Below, piece after piece: positions 1 through 9,453 of a DNA stretch of 29,954 nt (its first letter is position 1; each line of letters opens with the position of its first letter). The translations under genes were made by a program, and so were the position numbers. The notes below the pieces were generated by a model, which did not search any database, had not been told where the DNA came from, and saw only the letters and a program-made list of their open reading frames with translations. Where the stretch lies: the NCBI GenBank assembly GCA_031459535.1, contig JAVKIJ010000035.1, positions 1 through 29,954 of the forward strand. Reading direction: 5' to 3'. The stretch comes from Candidatus Fervidifonticultor quintus. Lineage in GTDB: Bacteria > Sysuimicrobiota > Sysuimicrobiia > Sysuimicrobiales > Humicultoraceae.

Positions 1-893
1 TGGCCGCCCTGCCCAGGTCCATCGCCATTCTGGGCGCCGGGGCCATCGGGGTGGAGTTCGCCAGCCTGTTTGGGGCGCTGGGCAGCGAGGTGACCCTCAT
101 CGAGCTGCTGCCGACGCTGCTCCCGCTGGAGGACCAGGAGATCGGCAAGACGCTGGAGCGGCTGTTCGTGCGCAGGGGCGTGAAAGTACACACCGGTGCC
201 ACCGCCACGTCGGTCACGGTTCGGGGTGACGGCGTAACTCTCGCAGTGGCTTCCGGCGAGGAACAGGTAACCGTTGATGCCGAGTACCTGCTGATCGCGG
301 TGGGCCGCGGACCGCTCAGCGAGGGGCTGGGGCTCGAGGAGGTGGGCGTGGCCACCGAGCGCGGTGCCGTCACCGTCGACGCCCACTTCCGCACGACGAT
401 TCCCAACATCTTCGCCGTGGGAGACGTCATCGGCGGGCCGTACCGGCTCGCACACGTGGCCGCCGATGAGGCCGTCCATGCCGTGGAGACCATGGCGGGG
501 GCCGAGGCTGTCCCCATGAACTACATGGCCGTGCCGCGGCCCACGTTTTCCATCCCGCAGGTGGCGACCATGGGGTTGTCGGAGGAGCAGGCCGCCGCCC
601 AGGGGTACACCGTCCGGGTAGGCCGCTTCAACTTCGCCGCCAACGGCAAGGCCGCCATCGAGGGCGAGCGCGACGGGTTCGTGAAGATCGTCACCGACGG
701 CCGCACCGGGGAGATTCTGGGCATCCACATGATCGGCCCCATGGTGACCGAGCTGCTGGCCGAGGGCGTCGTGACCAAGTATATTGAAGGCACCGTGGCC
801 GAACTGGGGACGTCGGTCCACGCGCATCCCACGCTGTCGGAAGCCATGAAGCAGGCGGCCCTGGACGCCATGGGAAGGGTGCTGGACGCGTAG
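1..893 (+). CDS. lpdA: Dihydrolipoamide dehydrogenase (E3), 5'-truncated by the window edge
   Basis: Frame is open from position 3 (AALPRSIAILGAGAIGVEFA, NAD-binding motif). Contains AVGD and the C-terminal HAHPTLSE catalytic motif. Precedes E1/E2 genes. Confidence 0.95.
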   Translation, partial: AALPRSIAILGAGAIGVEFASLFGALGSEVTLIELLPTLLPLEDQEIGKTLERLFVRRGVKVHTGATATSVTVRGDGVTLAVASGEEQVTVDAEYLLIAVGRGPLSEGLGLEEVGVATERGAVTVDAHFRTTIPNIFAVGDVIGGPYRLAHVAADEAVHAVETMAGAEAVPMNYMAVPRPTFSIPQVATMGLSEEQAAAQGYTVRVGRFNFAANGKAAIEGERDGFVKIVTDGRTGEILGIHMIGPMVTELLAEGVVTKYIEGTVAELGTSVHAHPTLSEAMKQAALDAMGRVLDA

Positions 894-937
894 CGGGCAT
901 CGAGGCGCCAGGGCCGGATCCTTGGGGGCGGGATTCA

Positions 938-1954
938 ATGGCGGCACGAGAGATGCAGGTCCACGCAGCGCGGCACGAGGCGCTGGGGCTCTCTGCAGAC
1001 GATCTGCTGGAGATGTACTACCGCATCGCGCTGGCCCGGGCCATTGATGAGCGCATGTGGGTCCTCCAGCGCGCCGGCTTGGTGCCATTCGTCATCTCAG
1101 GGCAGGGGCACGAGGGCGCGCAGGTCGGCGTGATGTGGGCCACCGACCGGACGCGGGACTGGTTCGTGCCGTACTACCGGTCGCTGGCGGCGGTCCTGGT
1201 CCAGGGCATGACCGCCCGGGAGTTGATGCTGGGGCTGTTCGCCCGCGCCGCCGACCCCAGCAGTGGCGGCCGGCAGATGCCGGCCCACTGGGGGCATAAC
1301 GGCCGGCGAATCTTTACCACCAGCAGCCCGGTGGCCACCCAGTACCTGCATGCTGTTGGCATCGCCTACGCGGCCAAGCTGCGCGGGACCGGAGAGCTGG
1401 TCGTCACCTCGATGGGCGAGGGGAGCACGAGCCAGGGTGACTGGCACGAGGCCATGAACTTCGCCGGCATCCACAAACTGCCCGTCATCTTCGTCGTCGA
1501 GAACAACCGGTATGCGATCTCTGTGCCGCTCCGCCTCCAGATGGCCACGGCCAGCGTGGCCGTCCGCGCCGCTGGCTACGGGTTTCCCGGTGTGATCACG
1601 GACGGTTCCGATGTGCTGGCGGTTTATGCCGAGGCGCAGGCCGCAGTGCGGCGGGCCCGGGCCGGGGAAGGCCCGACGCTCATCGAGTGCCGCGTCGAGC
1701 GCCTGACGGCCCACTCCTCCGAGGACCGCCAGGAGAAGTATCGGCCGACCGCCGATCTGGAAGCGTCGCGGAGCAAAGACCCGCTGGTGGTCTTCAAGCA
1801 CTATCTGGAACAGGCAGGGCTGCTGGACGAGGCCCGATACGTGGAGATTCACGCCAGGATCAGGGCCGAGGTCAACGACGCCACGGAGTACGCCGAGTCG
1901 CAGCCGATGCCCGACCCGGCCACCGTGGCGCGCCACGTCTATTTCGAGGGCTAG
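938..1954 (+). CDS. bkdA1: 2-oxoacid dehydrogenase E1 alpha, probably branched-chain (BkdAA-like)
   Basis: FVISGQGHE, DPSSGGRQMPAHWG, TPP motif GEGSTSQGD...NN and HSSED loop resemble Bacillus BCKDH E1a. Confidence 0.88.
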   Translation: MAAREMQVHAARHEALGLSADDLLEMYYRIALARAIDERMWVLQRAGLVPFVISGQGHEGAQVGVMWATDRTRDWFVPYYRSLAAVLVQGMTARELMLGLFARAADPSSGGRQMPAHWGHNGRRIFTTSSPVATQYLHAVGIAYAAKLRGTGELVVTSMGEGSTSQGDWHEAMNFAGIHKLPVIFVVENNRYAISVPLRLQMATASVAVRAAGYGFPGVITDGSDVLAVYAEAQAAVRRARAGEGPTLIECRVERLTAHSSEDRQEKYRPTADLEASRSKDPLVVFKHYLEQAGLLDEARYVEIHARIRAEVNDATEYAESQPMPDPATVARHVYFEG

Positions 1955-1958
1955 GGCC

Positions 1959-2948
1959 ATGCCGGAGCTGCGCTACCTGGACGCGATCCGCCTGGCCATG
2001 TATGAAGAGATGCGGCGGGACCCACGGGTGCTGGTGCTCGGCGAAGACGTGGGGATCAAAGGCGGCGTCTTCGGCGCCACCGACGGCTTCTACGCCGAGT
2101 TCGGGGAGGCCCGGGTCCTGGACACGCCGCTGGCCGAGTCGTCCATTGTGGGGGTGGCGATCGGCATGGCCGCCAACGGTCTGGTGCCCGTGGCTGAGAT
2201 CCAGTTCTCCGACTTCATCCACCCCGCGTACAATCAATTGGTGAGCGAGGCCGCGCGCATTCGCTACCGGAGTAACGGTGCGTTCGCCTGTCCTCTGGTC
2301 GTCCGTGCGCCGTACGGCGGCGGCGTCGAAGTACACGGCGGCCTGTACCACTCCCAGAGCATCGAAGCTACGTTCGCCCACGTGCCGGGTCTAAAAGTCG
2401 TGACCCCGGGGACGGCGTACGACGCCAAGGGGCTGCTGAAGGCGGCCATCCGCGATCCGGACCCAGTGCTGTTCCTGGAGCACAAGCGCCTCTATCGCTC
2501 CATCCGCGGCGAGGTACCCGAAGACGACTATGTGGTGCCCATCGGCCCGGCCGCGATCCGGAGGGAGGGAACCACCCTCTCGGTCTTTGCGTACGGCCAG
2601 ATGTTGCACGAGGCCCTGCGGGCGGCGGGAGAGGTGGCCGCCGACGGCATCGATGCCGAAGTCGTGGACCTGCGGACGCTGAAGCCCCTGGATGTGGAGA
2701 CGGTCCTGGCCTCGGTGCGGAAGACCAGCAAGGCCATGGTGGTCTATGAGGACAACCGGTTCCTGGGATTTGGGGCCGAGGTCGCAGCTCTCATCGCCGA
2801 AGAGGCGTTCGACGCCCTGGACGGGCCCGTTGTCCGTGTGGCGGGCCTGGACGTGCCGGCGGTGCCATATGCCGACACCCTGGCCGCCGCCTTCATGCCC
2901 AGTGCCGCCAAGATCGCCGACGCCATGAGGCGCCTGGCAGCCTATTGA
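1959..2948 (+). CDS. bkdA2: 2-oxoacid dehydrogenase E1 beta
   Basis: GEDVG.KGGVF, DTPLAES, AEIQFSDF, HGGLYHSQS, FLEHK, DLRTLKPLD. Confidence 0.9.
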   Translation: MPELRYLDAIRLAMYEEMRRDPRVLVLGEDVGIKGGVFGATDGFYAEFGEARVLDTPLAESSIVGVAIGMAANGLVPVAEIQFSDFIHPAYNQLVSEAARIRYRSNGAFACPLVVRAPYGGGVEVHGGLYHSQSIEATFAHVPGLKVVTPGTAYDAKGLLKAAIRDPDPVLFLEHKRLYRSIRGEVPEDDYVVPIGPAAIRREGTTLSVFAYGQMLHEALRAAGEVAADGIDAEVVDLRTLKPLDVETVLASVRKTSKAMVVYEDNRFLGFGAEVAALIAEEAFDALDGPVVRVAGLDVPAVPYADTLAAAFMPSAAKIADAMRRLAAY

Positions 2949-2965
2949 GGTGTCGTGAGCCTACC

Positions 2966-4123
2966 ATGCCGGTCGAGATCAGGCTTCCCCAACTCGGCGA
3001 GAGCATCCACGAGGGCACGGTGGCTCGGTGGCTCAAGCGGCCAGGTGATCGCGTGGAGAAGTATGAGCCGTTGGCCGAGATCACTACGGACAAGGTCAAT
3101 GTGGAGATGCCGTCGCCACTGGCCGGTGTGCTGGTCGAGCTGCTCGTGCCCGAGGGCGAGACGCGGCCGGTCGGGGCGCCCATCGCGCTCATCGAGACCG
3201 GGGCGTCGCCGGAGACGGCAGGAATCGGCGAAGCCCCCGCGGCCCAAGGCACCGTGCCCGTCGTGGCTCCTGCAGTGCGGCCCCCTGCGCGAGTGCGTCT
3301 GTCACCGCTGGTCCGCAAGCTGGCAGAGGAGCACGGCCTGCCGGAGAGCGTGCTGGAGACGCTGACCGGCAGCGGCGCTGGTGGCCGCATCACCAAGGAC
3401 GACGTGCTGCGTTACCTGGCCTCCGCCGGCCGGGCGGGGGAGGAAGTGGTGAAGCTCTCCCCGATTCGCCGCACCATCGCCCAGCGCATGGCCCAGAGCA
3501 AGCGCGAGATTCCCCACGCCTACGGCGTGATCGAGGTGGACATGCAGGCGGTGGTGGCCTGGCGAGAGGCGCACAAGGAGGCGTGGCGTGCCCGGGAAGG
3601 GGCGCCGCTCACCTACACGGCGTTTTTCGTGCGGGCAGCCTGCGAGGCGCTGCGGGCCCACCCGATCGTGAACTCGTCGTGGACCGACGAGGGCATCCTG
3701 GTGCGCAAGCGGATCAACATCGGCATCGGGATCGCCGTCCCCGACGGGCTGGTGGTGCCGGTCATCCGCCACGCGGATCAGCTGAGCCTGGCCGGCGTGG
3801 CCCGCGCCCTGGACGATTTGACGGCGCGGGCCCGGGCGGGGCGTCTGGGTCTCGACGACATCCAGGGTGGCACCTTCACCATCACCAACCCGGGCGTCTT
3901 CGGGTCGATCTGGTCCATGCCGATCATCCTGCCCGGGCAGGCCGCGATCCTGGCCACCGATGCCATCATCAAGCGGGCCGTGGTGCGAGATGATGCCATC
4001 GCCATCCGACCCATCATGCACCTGGGGCTCTCGTTCGATCACCGAATCTTCGATGGCGCGACCGCCATGCAGTTCCTCAATGTCATGAAGGCATGGTTCG
4101 AGGATTACCGCGATGGCCGTTGA
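2966..4123 (+). CDS. bkdB: Dihydrolipoamide acyltransferase E2 with one lipoyl domain
   Basis: ATG at 2966. Lipoyl motif TDKVNVE, E3-binding SPLVRKLA...GSGAGGRITKDD, catalytic GTFTITN and DHRIFDG. Confidence 0.9.
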   Translation: MPVEIRLPQLGESIHEGTVARWLKRPGDRVEKYEPLAEITTDKVNVEMPSPLAGVLVELLVPEGETRPVGAPIALIETGASPETAGIGEAPAAQGTVPVVAPAVRPPARVRLSPLVRKLAEEHGLPESVLETLTGSGAGGRITKDDVLRYLASAGRAGEEVVKLSPIRRTIAQRMAQSKREIPHAYGVIEVDMQAVVAWREAHKEAWRAREGAPLTYTAFFVRAACEALRAHPIVNSSWTDEGILVRKRINIGIGIAVPDGLVVPVIRHADQLSLAGVARALDDLTARARAGRLGLDDIQGGTFTITNPGVFGSIWSMPIILPGQAAILATDAIIKRAVVRDDAIAIRPIMHLGLSFDHRIFDGATAMQFLNVMKAWFEDYRDGR

Positions 4124-5012
4124 CACCCGCCGCCCGGAGTGGTTGAAGGTTCGCCTGCCGTACGGGCCCAACTACGTGGATCTCAAGGATATCATGCGCG
4201 ACCACCAGATGCACACGGTGTGCGAGGAGGCGCGCTGCCCCAACATCGGCGAGTGCTGGGATCGCCGGACCGCCACGTTTCTGATCCTGGGGAACGTGTG
4301 CACGCGCACGTGCCGCTACTGCGCCATCGCCCACGGCCTGCCCAGCGAGCTGGACCTCCAAGAACCGCAGCGCGTGGCCGACGCGGCCGTCGCCATGGGG
4401 CTGCGGCACGTGGTGATCACCTCGGTCAACCGGGACGACCAGGCCGATGGCGGTGCTGCCATCTACGCCGAGACCATCCGCCAGATTCACTGCCGCCTCC
4501 CGGCGTGCACCGTCGAGGTGCTCGTTCCAGACTTCAAGGGTGATCCCCACAGCCTGCGCGTGGTGCTCGAGGCCAACCCAGAGATCCTCGGGCACAACAT
4601 CGAGAGCCCGCGGCGGGTGTTCAAGATCGTCCGTCACGGCGGCAACTACGACCGCTCTCTGGAACTGCTCCGGCGGTCGAAGGAGTGGGGTTACACCTCC
4701 TTCACGAAGAGCGGCATCATCCTGGGGATGGGCGAGACCACAGACGAGGTGCTCGAGACGATGGACGATCTGCGGGCCGTGGATGTGGACGTCCTCACGC
4801 TGGGACAGTACCTGCGGCCCGGGCCCGACTATCACCCAATCGACCGGTACTACACCCCAGACGAGTTCGCCTACTTGAAGGCCCAAGGCCTCCGTCGCGG
4901 CTTCAAGTACGTGGAGTCCGGGCCGCTGGTGCGATCCTCATACCGCGCCGACATCCAGGCGCAGGCCGTGCGCGCCTACCGCGCGCGGTTCGGCGCCAAT
5001 CCCCAGACCTAG
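4113..5012 (+). CDS. lipA: Lipoyl synthase (radical SAM)
   Basis: CEEARCPNIGEC auxiliary-cluster motif, CTRTCRYC radical SAM motif, C-terminal RSSY. Confidence 0.97.
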   Translation: MAVDTRRPEWLKVRLPYGPNYVDLKDIMRDHQMHTVCEEARCPNIGECWDRRTATFLILGNVCTRTCRYCAIAHGLPSELDLQEPQRVADAAVAMGLRHVVITSVNRDDQADGGAAIYAETIRQIHCRLPACTVEVLVPDFKGDPHSLRVVLEANPEILGHNIESPRRVFKIVRHGGNYDRSLELLRRSKEWGYTSFTKSGIILGMGETTDEVLETMDDLRAVDVDVLTLGQYLRPGPDYHPIDRYYTPDEFAYLKAQGLRRGFKYVESGPLVRSSYRADIQAQAVRAYRARFGANPQT

Positions 5013-6040
5013 TCGCTGCCGCCTCCGAGCCCGGGAGGGCTCGGCGCCTGCTCGCGGCGCTCTGCCAGAGCGGACGAGTGCCCGGGAAACAGCGATACGT
5101 CCGGGTTGATGTACCGCGCGGCGTTGTTGACCGCGGTGGCGGCTTCGCCGAACCCGGTCACGATCAGCTTGAGCTTGCCCGGGTACTCCACCACGTCTCC
5201 GGCCGCGTAGATGCCCGGGAGGTTGGTCTCCATGCGGGTGTTGACGACAATCGAGTCGCCCTGGAGCGCAAGTCCCCACGTGGCAATCGCGCCCAGATTG
5301 CTGGTCACCCCCAGGAAGGCCAGGACCGCGTCCACCGGAAGGATTTCTTCCTCGCCGGTCTTGGTGTGCACCACAACGGCTTCGCGCACGGTACCGTCGC
5401 CGCGCAGTGCCTTCAGCTCACAGAAGACCTTCACGGTGACCGGCGAGGCCTGTAGCTTCCTGACCGAGTTCACGTGGGCGCGGAAGGTATCGCGCCGGTG
5501 GATCAGCGTCACGTGCCGCGCCACCGGCAGCAGGTCCAGCGCCCAGTCCAGGGCGCTGTCGCCGCCGCCGACCACGAGCAGTCGCTTGCCCTGGAAGTCG
5601 TCCTTGCGGCGCACGGCGTAGAACAGGCCGCGGCCGGCATACCGATCCAGTTCCGGCCGGCCATAGGTCTTGGGCGTGAAGGCGCCGATGCCGGCGGTGA
5701 TGATCACGACCCGCGTGTGATGGATGCCGCTGGTTCCCACCAGGCGACACGTCCCGTCGCCGAGCCGCTCGAAGGATCGAAGCTCCTCATTGAGGAACAC
5801 CTCGGGCTGGTACTGCATCGCCTGCTCCACCAGGTTGGCCACCAGGTCCTTGCCGAGGACCCTGGGGAACCCGGGCACATCGTAGATGTACTTGTCGGGA
5901 TACAACGCGGTGACCTGACCTCCCAGATCGGGCTGGCTGTCCACGATCCTGACGGTGAGGCCGCGGAAGCCCGCGTAGTACGCCGCGAAGAGACCCGAGG
6001 GGCCGCCACCGATGATGGTGATGTCGCAGATGCGGTCCAT
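5009..6040 (-). CDS. Thioredoxin-reductase-type ferredoxin--NADP+ reductase (YumC-like)
   Basis: ATG at 6040 with upstream GGAGG. IIGGGPSG, GGGDSALDWA, HRRDTFRAH, AGD..YPGKLKLI..GFGEA, PGHSS. No redox CxxC. Confidence 0.88.
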   Translation of the reverse strand: MDRICDITIIGGGPSGLFAAYYAGFRGLTVRIVDSQPDLGGQVTALYPDKYIYDVPGFPRVLGKDLVANLVEQAMQYQPEVFLNEELRSFERLGDGTCRLVGTSGIHHTRVVIITAGIGAFTPKTYGRPELDRYAGRGLFYAVRRKDDFQGKRLLVVGGGDSALDWALDLLPVARHVTLIHRRDTFRAHVNSVRKLQASPVTVKVFCELKALRGDGTVREAVVVHTKTGEEEILPVDAVLAFLGVTSNLGAIATWGLALQGDSIVVNTRMETNLPGIYAAGDVVEYPGKLKLIVTGFGEAATAVNNAARYINPDVSLFPGHSSALAERREQAPSPPGLGGGSD

Positions 6041-6091
6041 CTGTACGCCTCCGGTACGCAGACGCCGCGCCGTGCGCGGGAATCGTGACCC

Positions 6092-6142
6092 ATGATAGCA
6101 TCCGGCAGTCTTGTTGACACCTGCCAGAGGCCGTGGCAGTTT
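6092..6142. promoter_or_regulatory. Candidate overlapping divergent sigma70-type promoters
   Basis: + strand: TTGACA (6114-6119), N17, CAGTTT with an upstream TG, toward moeB. - strand: TGcTATCAT extended -10 (6100-6092) toward the FNR gene. Confidence 0.55.
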
Positions 6143-6192
6143 GGGAATATGGCCGTCGGGCGGGCCGTCGCATTGCAATAGGGGGATCGGGC

Positions 6193-7371
6193 ATGGCTGT
6201 GGGGATTCAGCACGACGCGGCGCCGCTGCTCAGCAAGGACCAGCTCACCCGCTACTCGCGCCAGGTGATCCTGGAAGAAGTAGGGGTAGGCGGGCAACGC
6301 CGCCTGCTGGAAGGCAAGGTGCTGGTCGTCGGCGCCGGCGGGCTCGGTTCGCCGTCCTCGCTCTACCTGGCCGCGGCAGGTGTGGGACGCCTCGGCATCG
6401 TGGACGGCGACCGGGTGGAGCTCTCCAATTTGCACCGGCAGATCCTCCACTTTACCCATGACATCGGTCGCCCCAAGACCCAGTCGGCGCGCCGCACGCT
6501 CGAAGACGTGAACCCGGACGTCACCGTGGTCCCCTACCAGACCACGCTGACCTCGGAGAACGCCCTGGAGATCATCGAGCCCTACGACGTGGTGGTAAAC
6601 GGCAGCGACAACTTCCCCACCCGTTACCTGGTCAACGATGCGTGCGTCATGCTGGGCAAGCCCCTGGTGGACGCCAGCATCCTCAAGTGGGAGGGACAGG
6701 CGACCACATTCGTGCCCGGCCGGGGGTGCTACCGCTGCCTGTTCCCCACCCCGCCACCGCCCGGATCGGTTCCGTCCTGCGCGGAAGGCGGCGTGATCGG
6801 CGCCGTGGCCGGGTTCATGGGTTCACTGCAGGCCATCGAGGCCCTCAAGATCCTGCTGGGGGCGGGCCAGACGTTGGTCAACAGACTCCTCATCGTCGAT
6901 CTGTTGGCCGGCGAGGTGCGCGCGTTGCGCTGGTACCGCAATCCGGACTGTCCGGTCTGCGGGGATCATCCCACCATTACCGCGCTCATCGACTACGAGG
7001 CCTTCTGCGGGCTGCCGTCCCGGACGCACGCGCCGGCCTCGGCCCCTTCCACCGTACCCGAGATCGACGCCGACGAGGCCAGGCGCCTGGTCGAGGGCGG
7101 CGCCCAGCTCATCGACGTGCGCGAGCCCTGGGAATGGGCCATCTCCCACATCCCGGGCGCCGTCCTGATTCCCATGGGGGACATCCCGGCTCGCACGTCG
7201 GAGATCGACCCCAACCGCCCCGTCGTCGTCCACTGCGCCATCGGCGCGCGGAGTGCTAAGGTGGTGGAGACGCTGCTGCGGGCGGGCTACACCAGGGTCT
7301 TCAACCTCGCCGGTGGCATTCTTGAGTGGGCGAACCGGCAATTCCCGACGGAGAGCGGCGACCGGCACTAG
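6193..7371 (+). CDS. moeB: MoeB/MoeZ-type sulfur-carrier adenylyltransferase with C-terminal rhodanese
   Basis: RYSRQ, GAGGLGS, DGDRVELSNLHRQ, DNFPTRY, CYRC and CPVC Zn pairs, PSCAEGG, rhodanese DVREPWE...HCAIGARS. Confidence 0.93.
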   Translation: MAVGIQHDAAPLLSKDQLTRYSRQVILEEVGVGGQRRLLEGKVLVVGAGGLGSPSSLYLAAAGVGRLGIVDGDRVELSNLHRQILHFTHDIGRPKTQSARRTLEDVNPDVTVVPYQTTLTSENALEIIEPYDVVVNGSDNFPTRYLVNDACVMLGKPLVDASILKWEGQATTFVPGRGCYRCLFPTPPPPGSVPSCAEGGVIGAVAGFMGSLQAIEALKILLGAGQTLVNRLLIVDLLAGEVRALRWYRNPDCPVCGDHPTITALIDYEAFCGLPSRTHAPASAPSTVPEIDADEARRLVEGGAQLIDVREPWEWAISHIPGAVLIPMGDIPARTSEIDPNRPVVVHCAIGARSAKVVETLLRAGYTRVFNLAGGILEWANRQFPTESGDRH

Positions 7372-7390
7372 CGCCGTCCGCAAAGCCAGC

Positions 7391-8425
7391 ATGCGACAAG
7401 CCATCTTGCGAGGACCTCGGGAGCTCGACCTGATCGAGCTCCCGGTCCCCACCCCAGGACCGGGCGAAGTGGTGGTCCGCATTCGAGCGGCCCTCACCTG
7501 CGGGACCGATCTCAAGACCTATCGCCGTGGGCACCCTCGGCTGGCGTTCGGGCCGTTCGGGCATGAAGGGACCGGGGACATCGCCAGCGTCGGCGAAGGG
7601 GTGGACGGCTTCGGCCCAGGCGAGCCCGTAGTCTTCGTCCCCACCGCAGGCTGCCAGCGGTGCGAGGCATGCCGGCGCGGGCGCGATAATCTGTGCGAGA
7701 CGCAGTTCGAGGAGATCGCACTCGGGGCCTACGGCGATTACCTGCGGCTGCCTCCCCGCATCGTGCGGCAGCACCTGTTTCCCAAGCCAGCGCGGCTCTC
7801 GTACATCGAAGCGGCGTTCCTCGAGCCGCTGGCGTGCGTCGTGCACGGTTGGTCGCGCCTGGGGGCCCCGGACCGGGGAGTCGTGGCCGTGGTGGGCCTG
7901 GGGCCCATCGGGTTGCTCCACCTCCAAGAGGCGCGGCGTCGCGGGCTCCAGGCGATCGCCGTCGGACGCCGGGCCGAGGCGCTGGCGCGGGCCCGCCAGG
8001 CGGGCGCCCACGCGGTGGTCAACGCCGCGGAAACCGACGTCGGCGCGGCGCTGCGCGGACTGACAGGCAGCGGGCCCGATGTGGTCATCGAGTGCACGGG
8101 CTCCCTGGACATCTGGCGCGCTGCTCCCGAATGGGCAGCCCCGGGCGGCCGGGTCCTGCTGTTCGGCGGCCTCCCCGGCGGCAGCGAGCCCGGGTTCGAT
8201 GCCACCCGTCTCCACTACAGCGAGATCGACCTGATCAGCGCCTTCCACTATCGGACCTCTGATGTCCGCGAGGCCCTGGACCTGCTCGCCGCCGGCGGCG
8301 TCAGGCCCGCCGATCTCATCACCGGGGTGCGGTCGCTCTCGGGCATCCGGGAGGTCTTCCACGACCTGGACCGCGGCGCCGGCCTCAAGTATGGCGTGCT
8401 GCCCGACGGCGACGCATGGCTATAG
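7391..8425 (+). CDS. Zn-dependent MDR dehydrogenase (sorbitol/polyol DH-like), predicted NADP(H) preference
   Basis: CGTD, GHE, CxxCxxCx7C structural Zn, LEPLAC, GLGPIG followed by VGRR. Confidence 0.88.
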   Translation: MRQAILRGPRELDLIELPVPTPGPGEVVVRIRAALTCGTDLKTYRRGHPRLAFGPFGHEGTGDIASVGEGVDGFGPGEPVVFVPTAGCQRCEACRRGRDNLCETQFEEIALGAYGDYLRLPPRIVRQHLFPKPARLSYIEAAFLEPLACVVHGWSRLGAPDRGVVAVVGLGPIGLLHLQEARRRGLQAIAVGRRAEALARARQAGAHAVVNAAETDVGAALRGLTGSGPDVVIECTGSLDIWRAAPEWAAPGGRVLLFGGLPGGSEPGFDATRLHYSEIDLISAFHYRTSDVREALDLLAAGGVRPADLITGVRSLSGIREVFHDLDRGAGLKYGVLPDGDAWL

Positions 8426-9453
8426 CTCGCCCGCACACTTCCCGGGCCGTGGTCTTCCGTGCCCCTGGCGAGCTGCGTGCGGAAGAGATCGCGCTCCCTG
8501 CGCCGGGCCCCGGCGAGTTGCTGCTGCGCATCACGGCCTGCGGGCTGTGTCCCGGCGAGGTCATGGACTGGTACATCGCCCGCAAGGCCCCCGTGGCCAT
8601 GGGTCACGAGGCCGTGGGTGTCGTGGCCGCCGGCGGCGCCGGTGCGCCGTTCGAGGTCGGTGACCGGGTGTTCGTGCACCACCATGCGCCCTGCCTCGCG
8701 TGCCGCGCATGCCGGCGCGGCGACTACGTGCACTGCGCGGCCTGGCGGTCGCGGCAGTTGATTCCGGGCGGACTGGCCACGTACGCCATCGCGGGAGCGG
8801 AGGCCGCGGCGCGGGACGCGCTGAGGCTACCCGCCGATCTGACCGACGAGGCCGCCATTTTCATCGAGCCGCTTGCCTGCGTGGTGAAGTCCGTGCGGCG
8901 GGCGCGGCTGCGACCCGAGGATCGGGTGCTCGTGCTGGGTTGTGGTGTCATGGGGCTGCTGCACCTGATGGTGCTGCGCACGCGCAGCGAGCCGTCGCTG
9001 ATCATGGCAGCGGATCGCGTCTCCGCCCGGTTGGAGGTTGCGGCGCGGTTTGCCGATGTGGTGGCCGATGTGACCGCGACCCCCCTGGATGAGGCCGTGC
9101 GGCGCGCCACCGGCGCCGACGGCGCCGACGTGGTGATCGTCGGGCCCGGGACCGTGGAGGCGCTGGAGGCTGCGGCCGGCGCCGTGGCGCCGGGCGGCAC
9201 CCTGGTGGTGTTCGCGCCCACGCCCCCGGAGGCGCGCTGGCCGCTGGATGTCCACCAGGTGTTCTTCCGGGAGACCACCATCGTCCCCACGTACTCGGCG
9301 GGCCCCGACGACGTGCGCGAGGCCGTCCGGCTCCTCGGCTGCGGACTGCCGGTGACCGAGTTGATCACCCACCGTCTGCCGCTGGACCAGGCAGCGCTGG
9401 GCTACGATCTCGTGCGGACCGCCTCAGCGCTAAAGGTTGTGGTCGTCCCGTGA
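8416..9453 (+). CDS. Zn-dependent MDR dehydrogenase (L-iditol DH-like), predicted NAD(H) preference
   Basis: CGLCPGE, GHE, HHHAPCLACRACRRGDYVHC, IEPLAC, GCGVMG followed by AADR. Confidence 0.88.
   Translation: MAIARPHTSRAVVFRAPGELRAEEIALPAPGPGELLLRITACGLCPGEVMDWYIARKAPVAMGHEAVGVVAAGGAGAPFEVGDRVFVHHHAPCLACRACRRGDYVHCAAWRSRQLIPGGLATYAIAGAEAAARDALRLPADLTDEAAIFIEPLACVVKSVRRARLRPEDRVLVLGCGVMGLLHLMVLRTRSEPSLIMAADRVSARLEVAARFADVVADVTATPLDEAVRRATGADGADVVIVGPGTVEALEAAAGAVAPGGTLVVFAPTPPEARWPLDVHQVFFRETTIVPTYSAGPDDVREAVRLLGCGLPVTELITHRLPLDQAALGYDLVRTASALKVVVVP

Noticed and set aside
938-4123. Pyruvate dehydrogenase assignment
   Set aside because: The E1 motifs (GEGS, SGGRQMP.H, HG.LYHSQS) and gene order fit the Bacillus-type branched-chain complex better, though substrate is not proven.
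5009-6040. Thioredoxin reductase trxB
   Set aside because: There is no redox-active CxxC, and the motifs are those of TrxR-type FNR.
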